In this document: positions 40,029-50,285 of the stretch, piece by piece
How positions within the stretch are numbered: position 1 is the stretch's first letter
Layout: each line of letters opens with the position of its first letter
Origin: an uncultured bacterium
Lineage (GTDB): Bacteria; Bacteroidota; Ignavibacteria; Kapaibacteriales; UBA4661
Length of the DNA stretch: 64,000 nucleotides
Assembly (NCBI GenBank): GCA_937899715.1
Contig: CALCNX010000090.1
Coordinates: 1 to 64,000, forward strand
Direction of reading: 5' to 3'
The notes under the pieces: generated by a model
What the model saw: only the letters and a program-made list of their open reading frames with translations
Database searches by the model: none
Told to the model about the DNA's origin: nothing
Made by a program: the position numbers and the translations under genes

Positions 40029-40928
40029 TCAAAACTCCTGCACCGGGTCTTCCTTGATTTCCACGCCCAAGATTTCATGAACGTTCAGGTAGATTGTCCG
40101 CGCCATAGCATCAAGCGGAAGGTCGTTGCTGTCCAGTCCGAAGGGTTCTTCAATTTCTCCGGCGATCATCTCAATCCCCATCAGAGCATAAGCGGCAAAC
40201 ATAATCGAAGGAATGGTGTAATAGCCGTACTTATCCATCAGCAAAAACGGCAGCACACAGACGTAAATGGTGATAAAGAGCTTGATATAAAATCCGTAGG
40301 AAAACGGAATCGGTGTTCGCTTGATGCGCTCACACACGCCGGCAATGTCAATTAACGCGTCGTGGTGCGGTTTCACCGAGCGCAAGTGCGGGTCGGCTAT
40401 CAGTTTTTGCTTACGGAGTTGTTCAATGCGGGCGAAAAGCTCCGCGCCGATAAGGTTGGGAACGTGCATTGCATTTTGCAAACGCTCAAGTAACTTTTCA
40501 TCCAGACCCTCAAGTTCCACAAAATGGATATTATCGCGTAAGTGTCCTTTGAGTGCGTGTGCGTAAGCGGAGATATATTTGGCAAAGAACGTACGATTTT
40601 CGGTATCATCTTTCTCCAAAATACCATGCACAATCATCGCAAAACTGCGGCTGTTATTCACAAGCGAACCCCATGCTTTGCGTCCTTCCCAAAAGCGATC
40701 GTAGGCGGTGTTTGTGCGAAAGACCAACAAAAGACTGAGCAGCGTTCCCAAGAGCGAAAGCAAGATGGTATCTATACGCACCGAAATCGGAAAGAAATTT
40801 CCGACCACAAACACCAAAATACCAGTGTAAATGCCAAAAAATACGACGCGCCGCAAAAGAATTTTAATGGCATCGCTCGTGTGAAATTCTTTGAACGACC
40901 GCAACACGTGAAGCATGTTTTCCCACAT
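40029..40928 (-). CDS. Bestrophin-like / UPF0187 family membrane protein, paralog B
   Basis: LFRTNTAYDRFWEGRKAWGSLV signature; start at ATG 40928 avoids overlap with argS stop. Confidence 0.65.
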   Translation of the reverse strand: MWENMLHVLRSFKEFHTSDAIKILLRRVVFFGIYTGILVFVVGNFFPISVRIDTILLSLLGTLLSLLLVFRTNTAYDRFWEGRKAWGSLVNNSRSFAMIVHGILEKDDTENRTFFAKYISAYAHALKGHLRDNIHFVELEGLDEKLLERLQNAMHVPNLIGAELFARIEQLRKQKLIADPHLRSVKPHHDALIDIAGVCERIKRTPIPFSYGFYIKLFITIYVCVLPFLLMDKYGYYTIPSIMFAAYALMGIEMIAGEIEEPFGLDSNDLPLDAMARTIYLNVHEILGVEIKEDPVQEF

Positions 40929-40957
40929 ATCGGTTTCCCTGACAGAAGTGACACAAA

Positions 40958-42694
40958 CTACATTTTTTCGGGTGCCTTTATTCCAAGCACCGCCAGCCCA
41001 TTGTTCAGAACAGTTTTTGCCGCTCTCAAAAGGGCAAATCGTGCTTGCATGAGGCTCTCTTCCTCGCCTAATATACGACAATCATGGTAAAATTTATGAA
41101 ATGCTGCTGCTACTTCGCGTAAATATTCTGCGATTACCTGCGGTTCCAGTGTCTCTGCCGCGCGCAGAATAATTTCGGGAAAGCGCAAAACAAATTTGAT
41201 AAGTTCAATTTCCGACGGATGCAGAAGCAACGTCGTGTCGGCTGTCTTGGCGATTTGTACGCCCCGCTCTTCTGCCGTGCGCATAATAGACGCAATGCGA
41301 GCATGAGCATACTGCAAGTAAAATACCGGATTTTTTTCGGACTGCTCCTCTGCCAAATTCAGGTCAAATTCCAAATGCGTCGAAACGCCACGCATCAGAA
41401 AGAAAAAGCGCGTTACGTCTTCGCCAAATTCTTCCAAGAGGTCGTCCAGCGTGTAACTGCGCCCTGTTCGTTTGGACATCTTCACTTGCTCACCGTCTTT
41501 CATCAGCGTTACGAACTGGTGAATCACCACGCGCACTTTTGATTTTTCCTCGCCCAACGCCTCCACAGCCGCCATCACATCAGGAATCGTTGCAATATGG
41601 TCAGCACCAAAAATATCAACCACAAGGTCGAATTTACGACGCGCCAATTTGTCGTGATGATAGGCAATATCCGGCAAACGGTACGTTGGCTCGCCGGATG
41701 ACTTGATAATCACGCGGTCGTCCGTCATACCCATACGCGAGAGTGCAAGCCATGTTGCACCGTCTTTCTCATAAACAAACCCTTTTTCGCGCAGACGCTC
41801 AATCGTGTCTTTCACTTTGCCATCAGTGTAGAGCGAATCCTCGTTGAAATATACGTCGTGGTGAATGTTCATGCGCTTCATGGTGGCATGAATTGTCGCA
41901 AAGCACCATTCTTCGCCAGCTTTACGGCAAATCGTCAAATTCTCCTCACTTGCTTCTTTGAGCGCTGCACCGTGCTTGTCAGCAAGCGCTTGAGCGATTT
42001 CCTTGATATACTCGCCATGATACAAACCTTTATCTTCCTCAGAAAACTCCACGCTTGCATCAAGAATCTGCAAATAGCGCGTGTGGACGGAGCGCCCAAG
42101 ATTATTCATCTGGTTTCCGGCGTTGTTGAAATAGTATTCGCGGGTAACGTCGTAGCCATTCCAGACGAGAATATTCGCCAGCGTGTCGCCAATGGCAGCA
42201 TTACGACCGTGCCCGACGTGAAGCAGTCCTGTGGGGTTCGCACTCACATATTCCACGTTTGCCTTGATGCCACGCCCGCGCTCATTCCGCCCGATATTCT
42301 CACCCTCAAGCAATAAATCTTGAAGTCGCATACCATAAAAACTCGGTGCAAACGTGAAGTTGATGAATCCTGCTCCGGCAATGGAAATATCGGTAATCAC
42401 CGCACTATTGACGCTGCTTTTGAGAATTTCGACAAGATTGACGGCAAGTTCACGCGGATTTTTTTTGAGTGCTTTTGCAAGTGTCATTGCAGCATTGGTC
42501 GAAAGGTCGCCGTGCTCCGCATTGCGCGGTACTTCAAGTGTGATTTCCGTAGGTGCATCAATCCCGAGCGTAAGAGAAAGTGTTTTCAGAGCGTCATGCA
42601 GAATAGGCGTAAGATATGATTTCATAATGCTTAGAACGTGTAAAATGTCGGTAGAATGGAAAGGAAAATTTGTAATACCAAATTGAAATGACAA
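40958..42694 (-). CDS. argS: Arginine--tRNA ligase
   Basis: Class I HIGH motif (HVGHGRNAAIGD) and KMSKR motif; 578 aa. Confidence 0.85.
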   Translation of the reverse strand: MSFQFGITNFPFHSTDILHVLSIMKSYLTPILHDALKTLSLTLGIDAPTEITLEVPRNAEHGDLSTNAAMTLAKALKKNPRELAVNLVEILKSSVNSAVITDISIAGAGFINFTFAPSFYGMRLQDLLLEGENIGRNERGRGIKANVEYVSANPTGLLHVGHGRNAAIGDTLANILVWNGYDVTREYYFNNAGNQMNNLGRSVHTRYLQILDASVEFSEEDKGLYHGEYIKEIAQALADKHGAALKEASEENLTICRKAGEEWCFATIHATMKRMNIHHDVYFNEDSLYTDGKVKDTIERLREKGFVYEKDGATWLALSRMGMTDDRVIIKSSGEPTYRLPDIAYHHDKLARRKFDLVVDIFGADHIATIPDVMAAVEALGEEKSKVRVVIHQFVTLMKDGEQVKMSKRTGRSYTLDDLLEEFGEDVTRFFFLMRGVSTHLEFDLNLAEEQSEKNPVFYLQYAHARIASIMRTAEERGVQIAKTADTTLLLHPSEIELIKFVLRFPEIILRAAETLEPQVIAEYLREVAAAFHKFYHDCRILGEEESLMQARFALLRAAKTVLNNGLAVLGIKAPEKM

Positions 42695-42851
42695 TCGTGC
42701 ATAACAAGGGGTTGCACCCCCTTGTTTACTGGCTTTGTTGATATTCTATTGCACAACAATTAACTGAATTTGGTATAAGAATACGAAAAAGTGTAAAAAA
42801 ATAAAGCGTATATCCCACTGGTGAAGCGAGCTATACGCCGCAGAAAAGCAA

Positions 42852-44825
42852 TTATTGATTCAAATAAAAGCGCTCACTGCCCAGCAGAAGCATCGTTTCC
42901 TCAATTTCTTGCGTTAGCTTCAAGCCGTCAGTAAACCCGCTTCCTTTAAATTGAATACGCCCGTTTTTGTCGAGATAAAAGCGCATCGGTAAGCCCGTTA
43001 CACCGTATTTCTGTGCCATGATGTTGTTGTCATCCACCAAAATAGAAAAATAAAGCGAAGAATTCCTCGCCATATAGTCCTTGACAAGACCGAACTGGTC
43101 TTTGCCCTTATCTTCCCACGCATCAATGACAACAATGTTAAAATCTCCTGCTTTAACGTACTTGTTATACAACACATTCACGAAAGGCATAGCTTTTAAG
43201 CAGGGTTCAGCCCATGACGACCAAAACATAATCATTGTGGGCTTGCCTTTGAAGGAAGATAACGTCACAGGCTTATGGTCTGTCGTGAATATTGTACCGT
43301 CAATCAATTCGCGGTCGAGACGTTGTTTGATTTGTTTATTTGCCAGCAATGCAGAAGCAGAGTCTTTCAACCGTTGGAGTTCAGCCACGTACAAGGTAGA
43401 ATCGGTCTTTTTTCCACGTGCAGAATCCATAGCTCTTCTGTGCCATTTCAAAAGGACATCATCACCGCCAGTTGTTACGATACCTTGCGCAGCAATCGCC
43501 ACTGCCTCAGCATAACGTTTTTTCTCGAACAATATTCCGGCAGCCTGCGAGAAGGCAGGAGCGGGAAGCTCGCCTTTTGTGATTTCTAATGCACTCGTGA
43601 AGGTAGAAAGCGCATCATCGGGGCGTTTCAATTCCACATAGATTGCGCTAAGAGTGTTATAGACATCGCCAAGTGTGGCAGTGGTATTCAAATTCCATTC
43701 AATTTCGGCAATATGCGAAGGACGCTGATACAACGGCTGACGCTTTGCAAGTTCAAGTGCTTTCTGGGCATAACGCAAGCCGCGTTCCTCGCTTGTATCG
43801 GTGCGGCACCAGTATTTTGCAAGTTCATTGTATGCAAGGGGCGAGACATTCGGAAGCGTGTCCAGCCACTTCGCAGCATCGGTGAGACGACGCACTTGAG
43901 CAAAGGTTGCCACAGCAGCACCCTGCATCATTGGTGCCATCGGTGATTCTCTAAATTTCATTGAAAATTCCACAGCCCGCACCAAGAACCAATCCGGCAC
44001 AACTTGAACTTGAAGTACTTGCATTGCATTATCTTCAGCAATTTTACTTTTCGGGAATCGCTTGATATATGCGTCTTCCAGAGCTTTTGCTTGATTTGCC
44101 ATGCCAAGAGCATTCAAGCCGCGAATCACAGCACGAGTGTCGTTTTCGCGTGTCGTGTCGAAAGGTTGCGATACATAGCTTTGCAAACTGCGACGGTACG
44201 TCTCCTCCGGTATGTCCTTCACGTCGTACGCCAATGCCACTTCAGCGACTTTTGCCGAAAGATTATTCGGATAAAAGCGTAATTCTTCCCGCATGAGTTG
44301 AAGCGCTTTGGGAAAATCAGACGAGCGGCTGCACTCGGTGGGCAAACTCCCTAAAAAAGTGATTGCATTTCTAAGCAAGGAACCTTGTACAGGCTTTGCA
44401 CCGTCACCTGTAATGCGTGTGTCCCAGTAATTGCCATTGTTATCGTCGTAACGAGAACCATTGAAAAGTTTCATCATCCAAAACACATCGGTTTGCTTTA
44501 CCGCTATTTCGCCGCCAAAACTCCCATCGAAGCGACGGGTGAGTTTGACGTAATCTGCCACAGGCTCGCCGGAAATTTCTCGGAAACGATAGACAAGAAG
44601 GTAAATGTTCTCAGCATTACGCCAAGCAGAATCCGGTTTGTAGGTGAACGAGGCACGCTCACCAAGGCGCGGCATAGCAGGGCTGATACTGAGTTCGCCT
44701 CCCTTTACAGTCAGTGAAAAAAGCATCGGCGAGAGCATCACAAGCCAGCTGAGGACAAACAGTCGTATGGAACGTGATTGATGCAAAGTCTGATTTGGTG
44801 CGGTGTGTACGCCACAGATGTTCAT
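42852..44825 (-). CDS. TPR-containing protein with C-terminal thioredoxin-like (TlpA/AhpC-TSA) domain carrying a degenerate W-A-E-P-C motif
   Basis: C-terminal 130 aa aligns with the TlpA fold (…IMFWSSWAEPC…GVTGLPMRFYLDKNGRI); only one Cys in the CxxC position. Confidence 0.55.
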   Translation of the reverse strand: MNICGVHTAPNQTLHQSRSIRLFVLSWLVMLSPMLFSLTVKGGELSISPAMPRLGERASFTYKPDSAWRNAENIYLLVYRFREISGEPVADYVKLTRRFDGSFGGEIAVKQTDVFWMMKLFNGSRYDDNNGNYWDTRITGDGAKPVQGSLLRNAITFLGSLPTECSRSSDFPKALQLMREELRFYPNNLSAKVAEVALAYDVKDIPEETYRRSLQSYVSQPFDTTRENDTRAVIRGLNALGMANQAKALEDAYIKRFPKSKIAEDNAMQVLQVQVVPDWFLVRAVEFSMKFRESPMAPMMQGAAVATFAQVRRLTDAAKWLDTLPNVSPLAYNELAKYWCRTDTSEERGLRYAQKALELAKRQPLYQRPSHIAEIEWNLNTTATLGDVYNTLSAIYVELKRPDDALSTFTSALEITKGELPAPAFSQAAGILFEKKRYAEAVAIAAQGIVTTGGDDVLLKWHRRAMDSARGKKTDSTLYVAELQRLKDSASALLANKQIKQRLDRELIDGTIFTTDHKPVTLSSFKGKPTMIMFWSSWAEPCLKAMPFVNVLYNKYVKAGDFNIVVIDAWEDKGKDQFGLVKDYMARNSSLYFSILVDDNNIMAQKYGVTGLPMRFYLDKNGRIQFKGSGFTDGLKLTQEIEETMLLLGSERFYLNQ

Positions 44826-44969
44826 AGCACAACTGCCAGATAGTGAAACAAATGGATTAGAGGAATTACAAAGGTACGGATTTTTCAGAATATTTCCCGA
44901 AGGAACGAAAAAGTTGTAAATTTGGAAGTGCCGTACATTGTATTTTATTTAGACACAAATAGCCTTCAA

Positions 44970-45632
44970 ATGTTTAAGGTAATTGCTTCACCAAAGACTG
45001 TATCGGGCACTACACCCTACCCGATAAGTCTGATTCTCCTTGCTTCCGGCGCATCCAGCCGCATGAAAGCCACGATTGGTAAAGACAAAATGCAGTTGAC
45101 GCTCCCAGATGACGGGAGAACGCTGCTCCAAACGACGCTTGAACTCTACAATTCTTACCCTTTTGCAGAAATTCTTGTTATTGTACGTCAACATGGAACA
45201 GAAGAACCGTCCCTAAAAACTCAATTCATTGTCAATGACAATGCTGAACGCGGTATGGCTTCGTCGCTTGCGCTTGGTGTTGGGAGTAGTTCGCCTGCTG
45301 CAAATGGCTATTTGATTGCGCTTGGGGATATGCCGCTTGTCCAGCCCGCAAGCGTAGAAGCACTCTGCAATGAATTTCTTTTGCGCGGAAGCACTGAAGT
45401 GATTTGCATTCCCACTTTTCGCGGACAGCGCGGCAATCCGGTACTTTTTGGCAGTGCTTACAAAGAAGATTTATTACGGCTTTCCGGGGATGTCGGCGCA
45501 AAGTCACTGCTTCGGAAGTATGCCGACCGTGTATGCGAAGTAGAAACGGATGATGAAGGAATTTTGCTGGATATTGACACGGCGGAAGATTGGCAATATT
45601 TTCTGCAAAAAGAACGCCGCCGAAAGAGCTAA
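44970..45632 (+). CDS. MobA-like NTP transferase (molybdenum cofactor cytidylyl/guanylyl-transferase family)
   Basis: LILLASGASSRM nucleotide-binding motif; ALGDMP…; ~220 aa. Confidence 0.55.
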   Translation: MFKVIASPKTVSGTTPYPISLILLASGASSRMKATIGKDKMQLTLPDDGRTLLQTTLELYNSYPFAEILVIVRQHGTEEPSLKTQFIVNDNAERGMASSLALGVGSSSPAANGYLIALGDMPLVQPASVEALCNEFLLRGSTEVICIPTFRGQRGNPVLFGSAYKEDLLRLSGDVGAKSLLRKYADRVCEVETDDEGILLDIDTAEDWQYFLQKERRRKS

Positions 45633-45670
45633 GAAGCGCTTACGGCGGCGTGATAAATCAAAACCGTCTA

Positions 45671-46705
45671 TTATGGACGTAAGGTTATGGTGGTAGTGGT
45701 TGATTGCCCAATAAACAAGCCAATACCGCTTCCGCTCACGTTCCATTGAGGATTACGCCCATCGCTGCTGAGAGGATTAAATTGCTGGCTTTCGTAGAGA
45801 CGAGATTGAGTCTGTAGATACGGAATAATACGTGAATCTCGTGCTTCAATGGTGAGTACCATCGCCAGATTTGCTGTTGGAATAAGGGTCGTGGTTGGCT
45901 GCGGTGATTGAGGCGAATACGAATAAATCAATATATTCCCCTTACCGTCACTTCTACCGGAATACCCGGCTGTTACCAATTGTGAACCCAAAGAATCCGA
46001 AATGGGTGGCTGCATATAGCCTGGGTATGTTGCCAGTGGAGCGCGACTTGGGTTGGCAATATCCAGTAATCGGAAGTACTGTAAACTGTACATTTCACCT
46101 GCTCGTGAAATCATCGGAACACGTACTGAGGCAGTCAATGAAGTGTCTCGATACACTTGCGGATTCCCGCCAAACGGACCGCTTGAAAAAGTTCTTTCAG
46201 TGATATTCAATTTCCATGTTAATTGCGGAACACTTGCCACGACTGGTGTTTGTGGGACGGTGGTGGTCGCAGTTGCAGTTTTACCATTCCAGTTTACGGT
46301 AAGCGTATAGGTTTTACCGTTTTCAGCGATAAGCCCTTCTACCGTTTCATAGCAAGACGGTCCGGCAATAGTTTGTCCGTAATTCGTTTTAATGCTATCC
46401 ACTGCCGATTGCAAACGCAAACGATACTCGCGCCCCTCCACCGTAATACGTGCGTCTGCGTCAGTGATGCGTACCTTGTCCATATTGAATGTGTCTAGAG
46501 GTGCAATCGTGCGTGTGATTTGGATATTGCGAATCTGCTGCCCCGCTATCACCGCACCATTTATCACTAAACGCTCTTCGTGCGGTATGTTTGCACCAGT
46601 GACTACCTGACCGCATCCCGCAAAAATTTGAGCAATCACGACATAGGCGACAAGAAGCCCAGCCGCCGCCAACACTGAATGTATTTTCAAAGATGATGTT
46701 TTCAT
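45671..46705 (-). CDS. Lipoprotein, DUF4249-like (typically encoded downstream of TonB-dependent receptors)
   Basis: Lipobox IFAGCGQ; sits 14 bp downstream of TBDR gene on same strand; family assignment from memory, not searched. Confidence 0.4.
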   Translation of the reverse strand: MKTSSLKIHSVLAAAGLLVAYVVIAQIFAGCGQVVTGANIPHEERLVINGAVIAGQQIRNIQITRTIAPLDTFNMDKVRITDADARITVEGREYRLRLQSAVDSIKTNYGQTIAGPSCYETVEGLIAENGKTYTLTVNWNGKTATATTTVPQTPVVASVPQLTWKLNITERTFSSGPFGGNPQVYRDTSLTASVRVPMISRAGEMYSLQYFRLLDIANPSRAPLATYPGYMQPPISDSLGSQLVTAGYSGRSDGKGNILIYSYSPQSPQPTTTLIPTANLAMVLTIEARDSRIIPYLQTQSRLYESQQFNPLSSDGRNPQWNVSGSGIGLFIGQSTTTTITLRP

Positions 46706-46719
46706 GGTTTTCCTTTCAA

Positions 46720-49158
46720 TTAAAATTTGAAACCAAGGCTGATAGTCGGCACAATGCCGAAAAGCGTGTATTGGGTCAGAACAGGTACGGAACCTGTTAT
46801 CGTTGGATTCTGTGTGGGCTGCGGGCGATAGTTCAGAATCCACGCAAACGGATTTTGGCGGTTATAGACGTTGTAAACATTGATACTGAAATTGAACGGG
46901 AGACCAAACCACGTAAAGTTATTGGTCAAATTCACATCCAGTTTGTGGAAGTCCGGCAAACGGAAACCATTACGCTCGGTATAGCTGTTAAACTGCCCCC
47001 CATAAAAATAGCCACCTGTTGATTGTCTATCTTGCCCGGGAATACCACTGTAATAAAACTGCGATGAAGGCATGGTGTATGCTTGTCCGGTGGCAAACGT
47101 CCACGTAGCACCGATTTCCCACGCTTCGTTAAATCGGTACGTCGCCACAACTGAAACGTCATGGCGGCGGTCGTAGCGCGGCGCAAAGGGCTTGCCATCG
47201 TTGAGTTCGGCAAAGGTGCGGTTTGTCCACGAGAGCGTATAGCCAATCCAGCCCGTGAGAGCGCCCAAGCGCTTATTGATAAAAAGTTCTACGCCGTAGG
47301 CATTGCCATCACCGCGCGTTAGCTGACTTTCGGCAGGCGTAAGAAAGCCAAAGTTTGCGCCATCCTTAAATTCGTAGAGATTGCGTAGCGATTTGTAGTA
47401 GCCTTCTACACTGACAAAATATTCTTTGCCCAAAAGACTCGTCTCCACACCCAAAATATATTGCATGGAATTACCGGGCAGAATTGTTTCGGTGGACGGG
47501 AACCACGTATCGGTGGGCAAGGAAATGCCGTTATTCACCACCAGATGCAGGAACTGATTTGCCACAGCAAATGCGCCTTTGATAGAAATATCTTCCGTTG
47601 GCGCAAAAGCAAACGAAGCTCTTGGCTCAGGAAGAAAACGATTGCCGCGTTGAAAATACGATAGGCGCAAGCCCAGATTTGCAGTCAGTTCAGGAGTAAT
47701 TCTCCATTCGTCTTGCCCATAGACGGAGGCTTCGAGCGCGTCAATTCTGCCGGATGTAAGATTTGCCATTTCTGCCACTTGCAAGACTTGCTCATTATTG
47801 GATTCCAAAAGCGTCGTAAAACGATGGAACGTAGCATCAAAGCCAATCTTGACCGTGTGTTCGTCAGCAGGAAACCACTGCACATCGCCACGTGCCGTAA
47901 AGTCTCGTATCTGCGAGAGTGTGCGGAAACTCGTCGTATCGAAACTATTCTGCGAGATAATATTTGCTCCGAACCGATAATCGGTATAAATCGCAGAAAA
48001 ATTGGTAAAAAGCGACGGCGAGATAATATGCATCCAGCGCAGATTGCCGGTCGCATTGCCCCAGTCTATTCCAAAACCCACACCTCCCGTTGCTTGCTGG
48101 TTCTGCGGCGCTACCACGTCGCTACCAAAATAACCACTTGCGTAAAGACGGTCGTTTTCGGAGATTTTGTAGTTAATTTTTGCGTTGACATCGTAGAAAT
48201 AATAATTGAGAGGCGATTGCCCTTGGGTCGCTAAATTCAGCAACAAATCGAAGTAGGTGCGCCGCCCGGAGACCATAAATGTTACGTCTTCCGTTATTGG
48301 ACCTTCAACCGTAAGCCGTGATGCAACCAGGCTTATGTTACCTGCGCCTGTAATTTTTTCTTTCGAGCCTTCCTTCATCGTCATATCAATCACACTGGAC
48401 AAACGACCACCGTATTCTGCCGGAAAACCGCCCTTGATAACCCTTACATCACGCATTGCATCGTTATTGAACACGCTCAGAAAACCTCCTAAGTGCGACG
48501 GATTATAGACAATCACGCCATCAAGCAAAATCAGATTTTGGTCGGGTGAGCCGCCGCGCACATAGAGACCGCTTGAAAGCTCACCACCCGATTTAATACC
48601 GGGCATGAGTTGCAGCGCACGAAAAATATCCGTTTCGCCGCCCAGTGTCGGCATTTTGCTTATAAATTCGGATTTTATCTCTACCGAACTGATGGTTCGC
48701 GTGGACGTAGCCTCGCGCTCTGCCTGCACTGTTACTTCCTGTGAACGAACATTTTGCGTACCAAGCGCAATATTCTCGCGCACGGGTGCAGTACCGACAA
48801 CAATACGCTTCGCAAACTGCTTATACCCAACACCACGCACCACAAGGAAATACGAGCCTTCGGGAACATCCGGCAATGAATAAAACCCGAATTTATTTGT
48901 GCGCGTCCCCCGAACGATCGCAGAAGAACGAGCAACAACACTGTCAGTGGCAAGTATCACGTTGATACCAATAACAGATTCTCCCGATGCTGCTTCGCTC
49001 ACGAGACCGGAGACGGCAGCACGCTGCTGAGGAGACGGGGAGACCGATTGCGGGGTTGCGCCCGGAACAGGAGAATTATCAACTTTTTGAGCCATAATGT
49101 GGCTCCCACACGCTAGAGTGCAAACAAGCAAAAGCGCGGCTAAACGGCAATGCTTCAT
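46720..49158 (-). CDS. TonB-dependent receptor with N-terminal carboxypeptidase-regulatory-like domain
   Basis: Signal peptide; CarbopepD_reg-like segment; plug and 22-strand-size barrel; C-terminal …ISLGFKF. Confidence 0.75.
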   Translation of the reverse strand: MKHCRLAALLLVCTLACGSHIMAQKVDNSPVPGATPQSVSPSPQQRAAVSGLVSEAASGESVIGINVILATDSVVARSSAIVRGTRTNKFGFYSLPDVPEGSYFLVVRGVGYKQFAKRIVVGTAPVRENIALGTQNVRSQEVTVQAEREATSTRTISSVEIKSEFISKMPTLGGETDIFRALQLMPGIKSGGELSSGLYVRGGSPDQNLILLDGVIVYNPSHLGGFLSVFNNDAMRDVRVIKGGFPAEYGGRLSSVIDMTMKEGSKEKITGAGNISLVASRLTVEGPITEDVTFMVSGRRTYFDLLLNLATQGQSPLNYYFYDVNAKINYKISENDRLYASGYFGSDVVAPQNQQATGGVGFGIDWGNATGNLRWMHIISPSLFTNFSAIYTDYRFGANIISQNSFDTTSFRTLSQIRDFTARGDVQWFPADEHTVKIGFDATFHRFTTLLESNNEQVLQVAEMANLTSGRIDALEASVYGQDEWRITPELTANLGLRLSYFQRGNRFLPEPRASFAFAPTEDISIKGAFAVANQFLHLVVNNGISLPTDTWFPSTETILPGNSMQYILGVETSLLGKEYFVSVEGYYKSLRNLYEFKDGANFGFLTPAESQLTRGDGNAYGVELFINKRLGALTGWIGYTLSWTNRTFAELNDGKPFAPRYDRRHDVSVVATYRFNEAWEIGATWTFATGQAYTMPSSQFYYSGIPGQDRQSTGGYFYGGQFNSYTERNGFRLPDFHKLDVNLTNNFTWFGLPFNFSINVYNVYNRQNPFAWILNYRPQPTQNPTITGSVPVLTQYTLFGIVPTISLGFKF

Positions 49159-49544
49159 ACAAAGCAACCTTTGATAAAGTTAAAAAAATGAATTGAAAAA
49201 AGAGACGACCTCAACGAAGCAGCCCTGAAAAAACTGACTTCCTTGAAAAAGAACTGAACGAAGTAAAGGTTACAAAATAGGCAGAGTTCCTGTGAAGAAA
49301 AGAGATTGCTTGAAAGGCAGACTATACAACACCATATCAGGCGATAACAAATTTTTTTTTTGTGAAAGACGCACTCCAAATGAGCAGGAGATTTATTTGA
49401 CCAGACACAAATATAAAGAAATTTCTTTATATCATGCAAACGACCGTAGAATTTTTCTTTTTCTCTTCCATTGACCACTGTTTTTTTGTCTATGAATAAG
49501 TTTTTGCCGATATTAGAACAAACGTTCTAAGAAAAAATACATTT

Positions 49545-50270
49545 ATGAAAAAGAAACCACGCACAACCAAAACAAGCAACGACGGAAGAAATACCGTCGG
49601 AAAAAGCGCCGCTAGAACAAGTACCGTTAAAAATAATACCGCCAGCACAACGAAAGACAAAATACTCAACGCTGCCCGCGACCTTTTCAACAAACATGGC
49701 GTAGAAGCTATCACCGTGCGGCATATTGCCCAACATCTCGGCATTAGTCACGGTAATTTATGCTACCACTTTCCGCGCCGAGAAGACATTATTTTTGCCT
49801 TGTACGAGCGTGTTGTGCAGGGTATGAGCGCACAGGTATCACTCTGGACACCCGATGCTATCAGTCTTGGGATGGTGCTTGGTGCATTACGGGCCAGTTT
49901 CGAGCTTCAGTACGAATATCGGTTTTTGATGATAGATTTTGTGAACATCATGCGCCGTTTGCCCGAGGTGCGCGAGCACTTTCGCATGATGTTTGAGATT
50001 CGCAAGCATCAATTCCGCAGCGCACTAGAAGCACTCCGGGAACAAGGTATTTTACTACAATCTATTCCCGATGCGCAATACGAACGACTGCTGCTCCATA
50101 GCTACCTCATGGGTGATTTTTGGATGTCGGAAGCGGAAATACTTTTTATGGGCAAAGAAAAGGAGAAAGTACCGTTTTATGCGGAACTGGCGTGCTCGCT
50201 CTTTGTTCCCTACTTAACAGCAAAGGGACAAAAAGAGTATGACGCATTCGTCGGGGCTGCATTCTCCTGA
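49545..50270 (+). CDS. TetR/AcrR-family transcriptional regulator (divergent from TBDR operon)
   Basis: HTH ILNAARDLFNKHGVEAITVRHIAQHLGISHGNLCYHF. Confidence 0.7.
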   Translation: MKKKPRTTKTSNDGRNTVGKSAARTSTVKNNTASTTKDKILNAARDLFNKHGVEAITVRHIAQHLGISHGNLCYHFPRREDIIFALYERVVQGMSAQVSLWTPDAISLGMVLGALRASFELQYEYRFLMIDFVNIMRRLPEVREHFRMMFEIRKHQFRSALEALREQGILLQSIPDAQYERLLLHSYLMGDFWMSEAEILFMGKEKEKVPFYAELACSLFVPYLTAKGQKEYDAFVGAAFS

Positions 50271-50285
50271 ATACAATTTACACAC

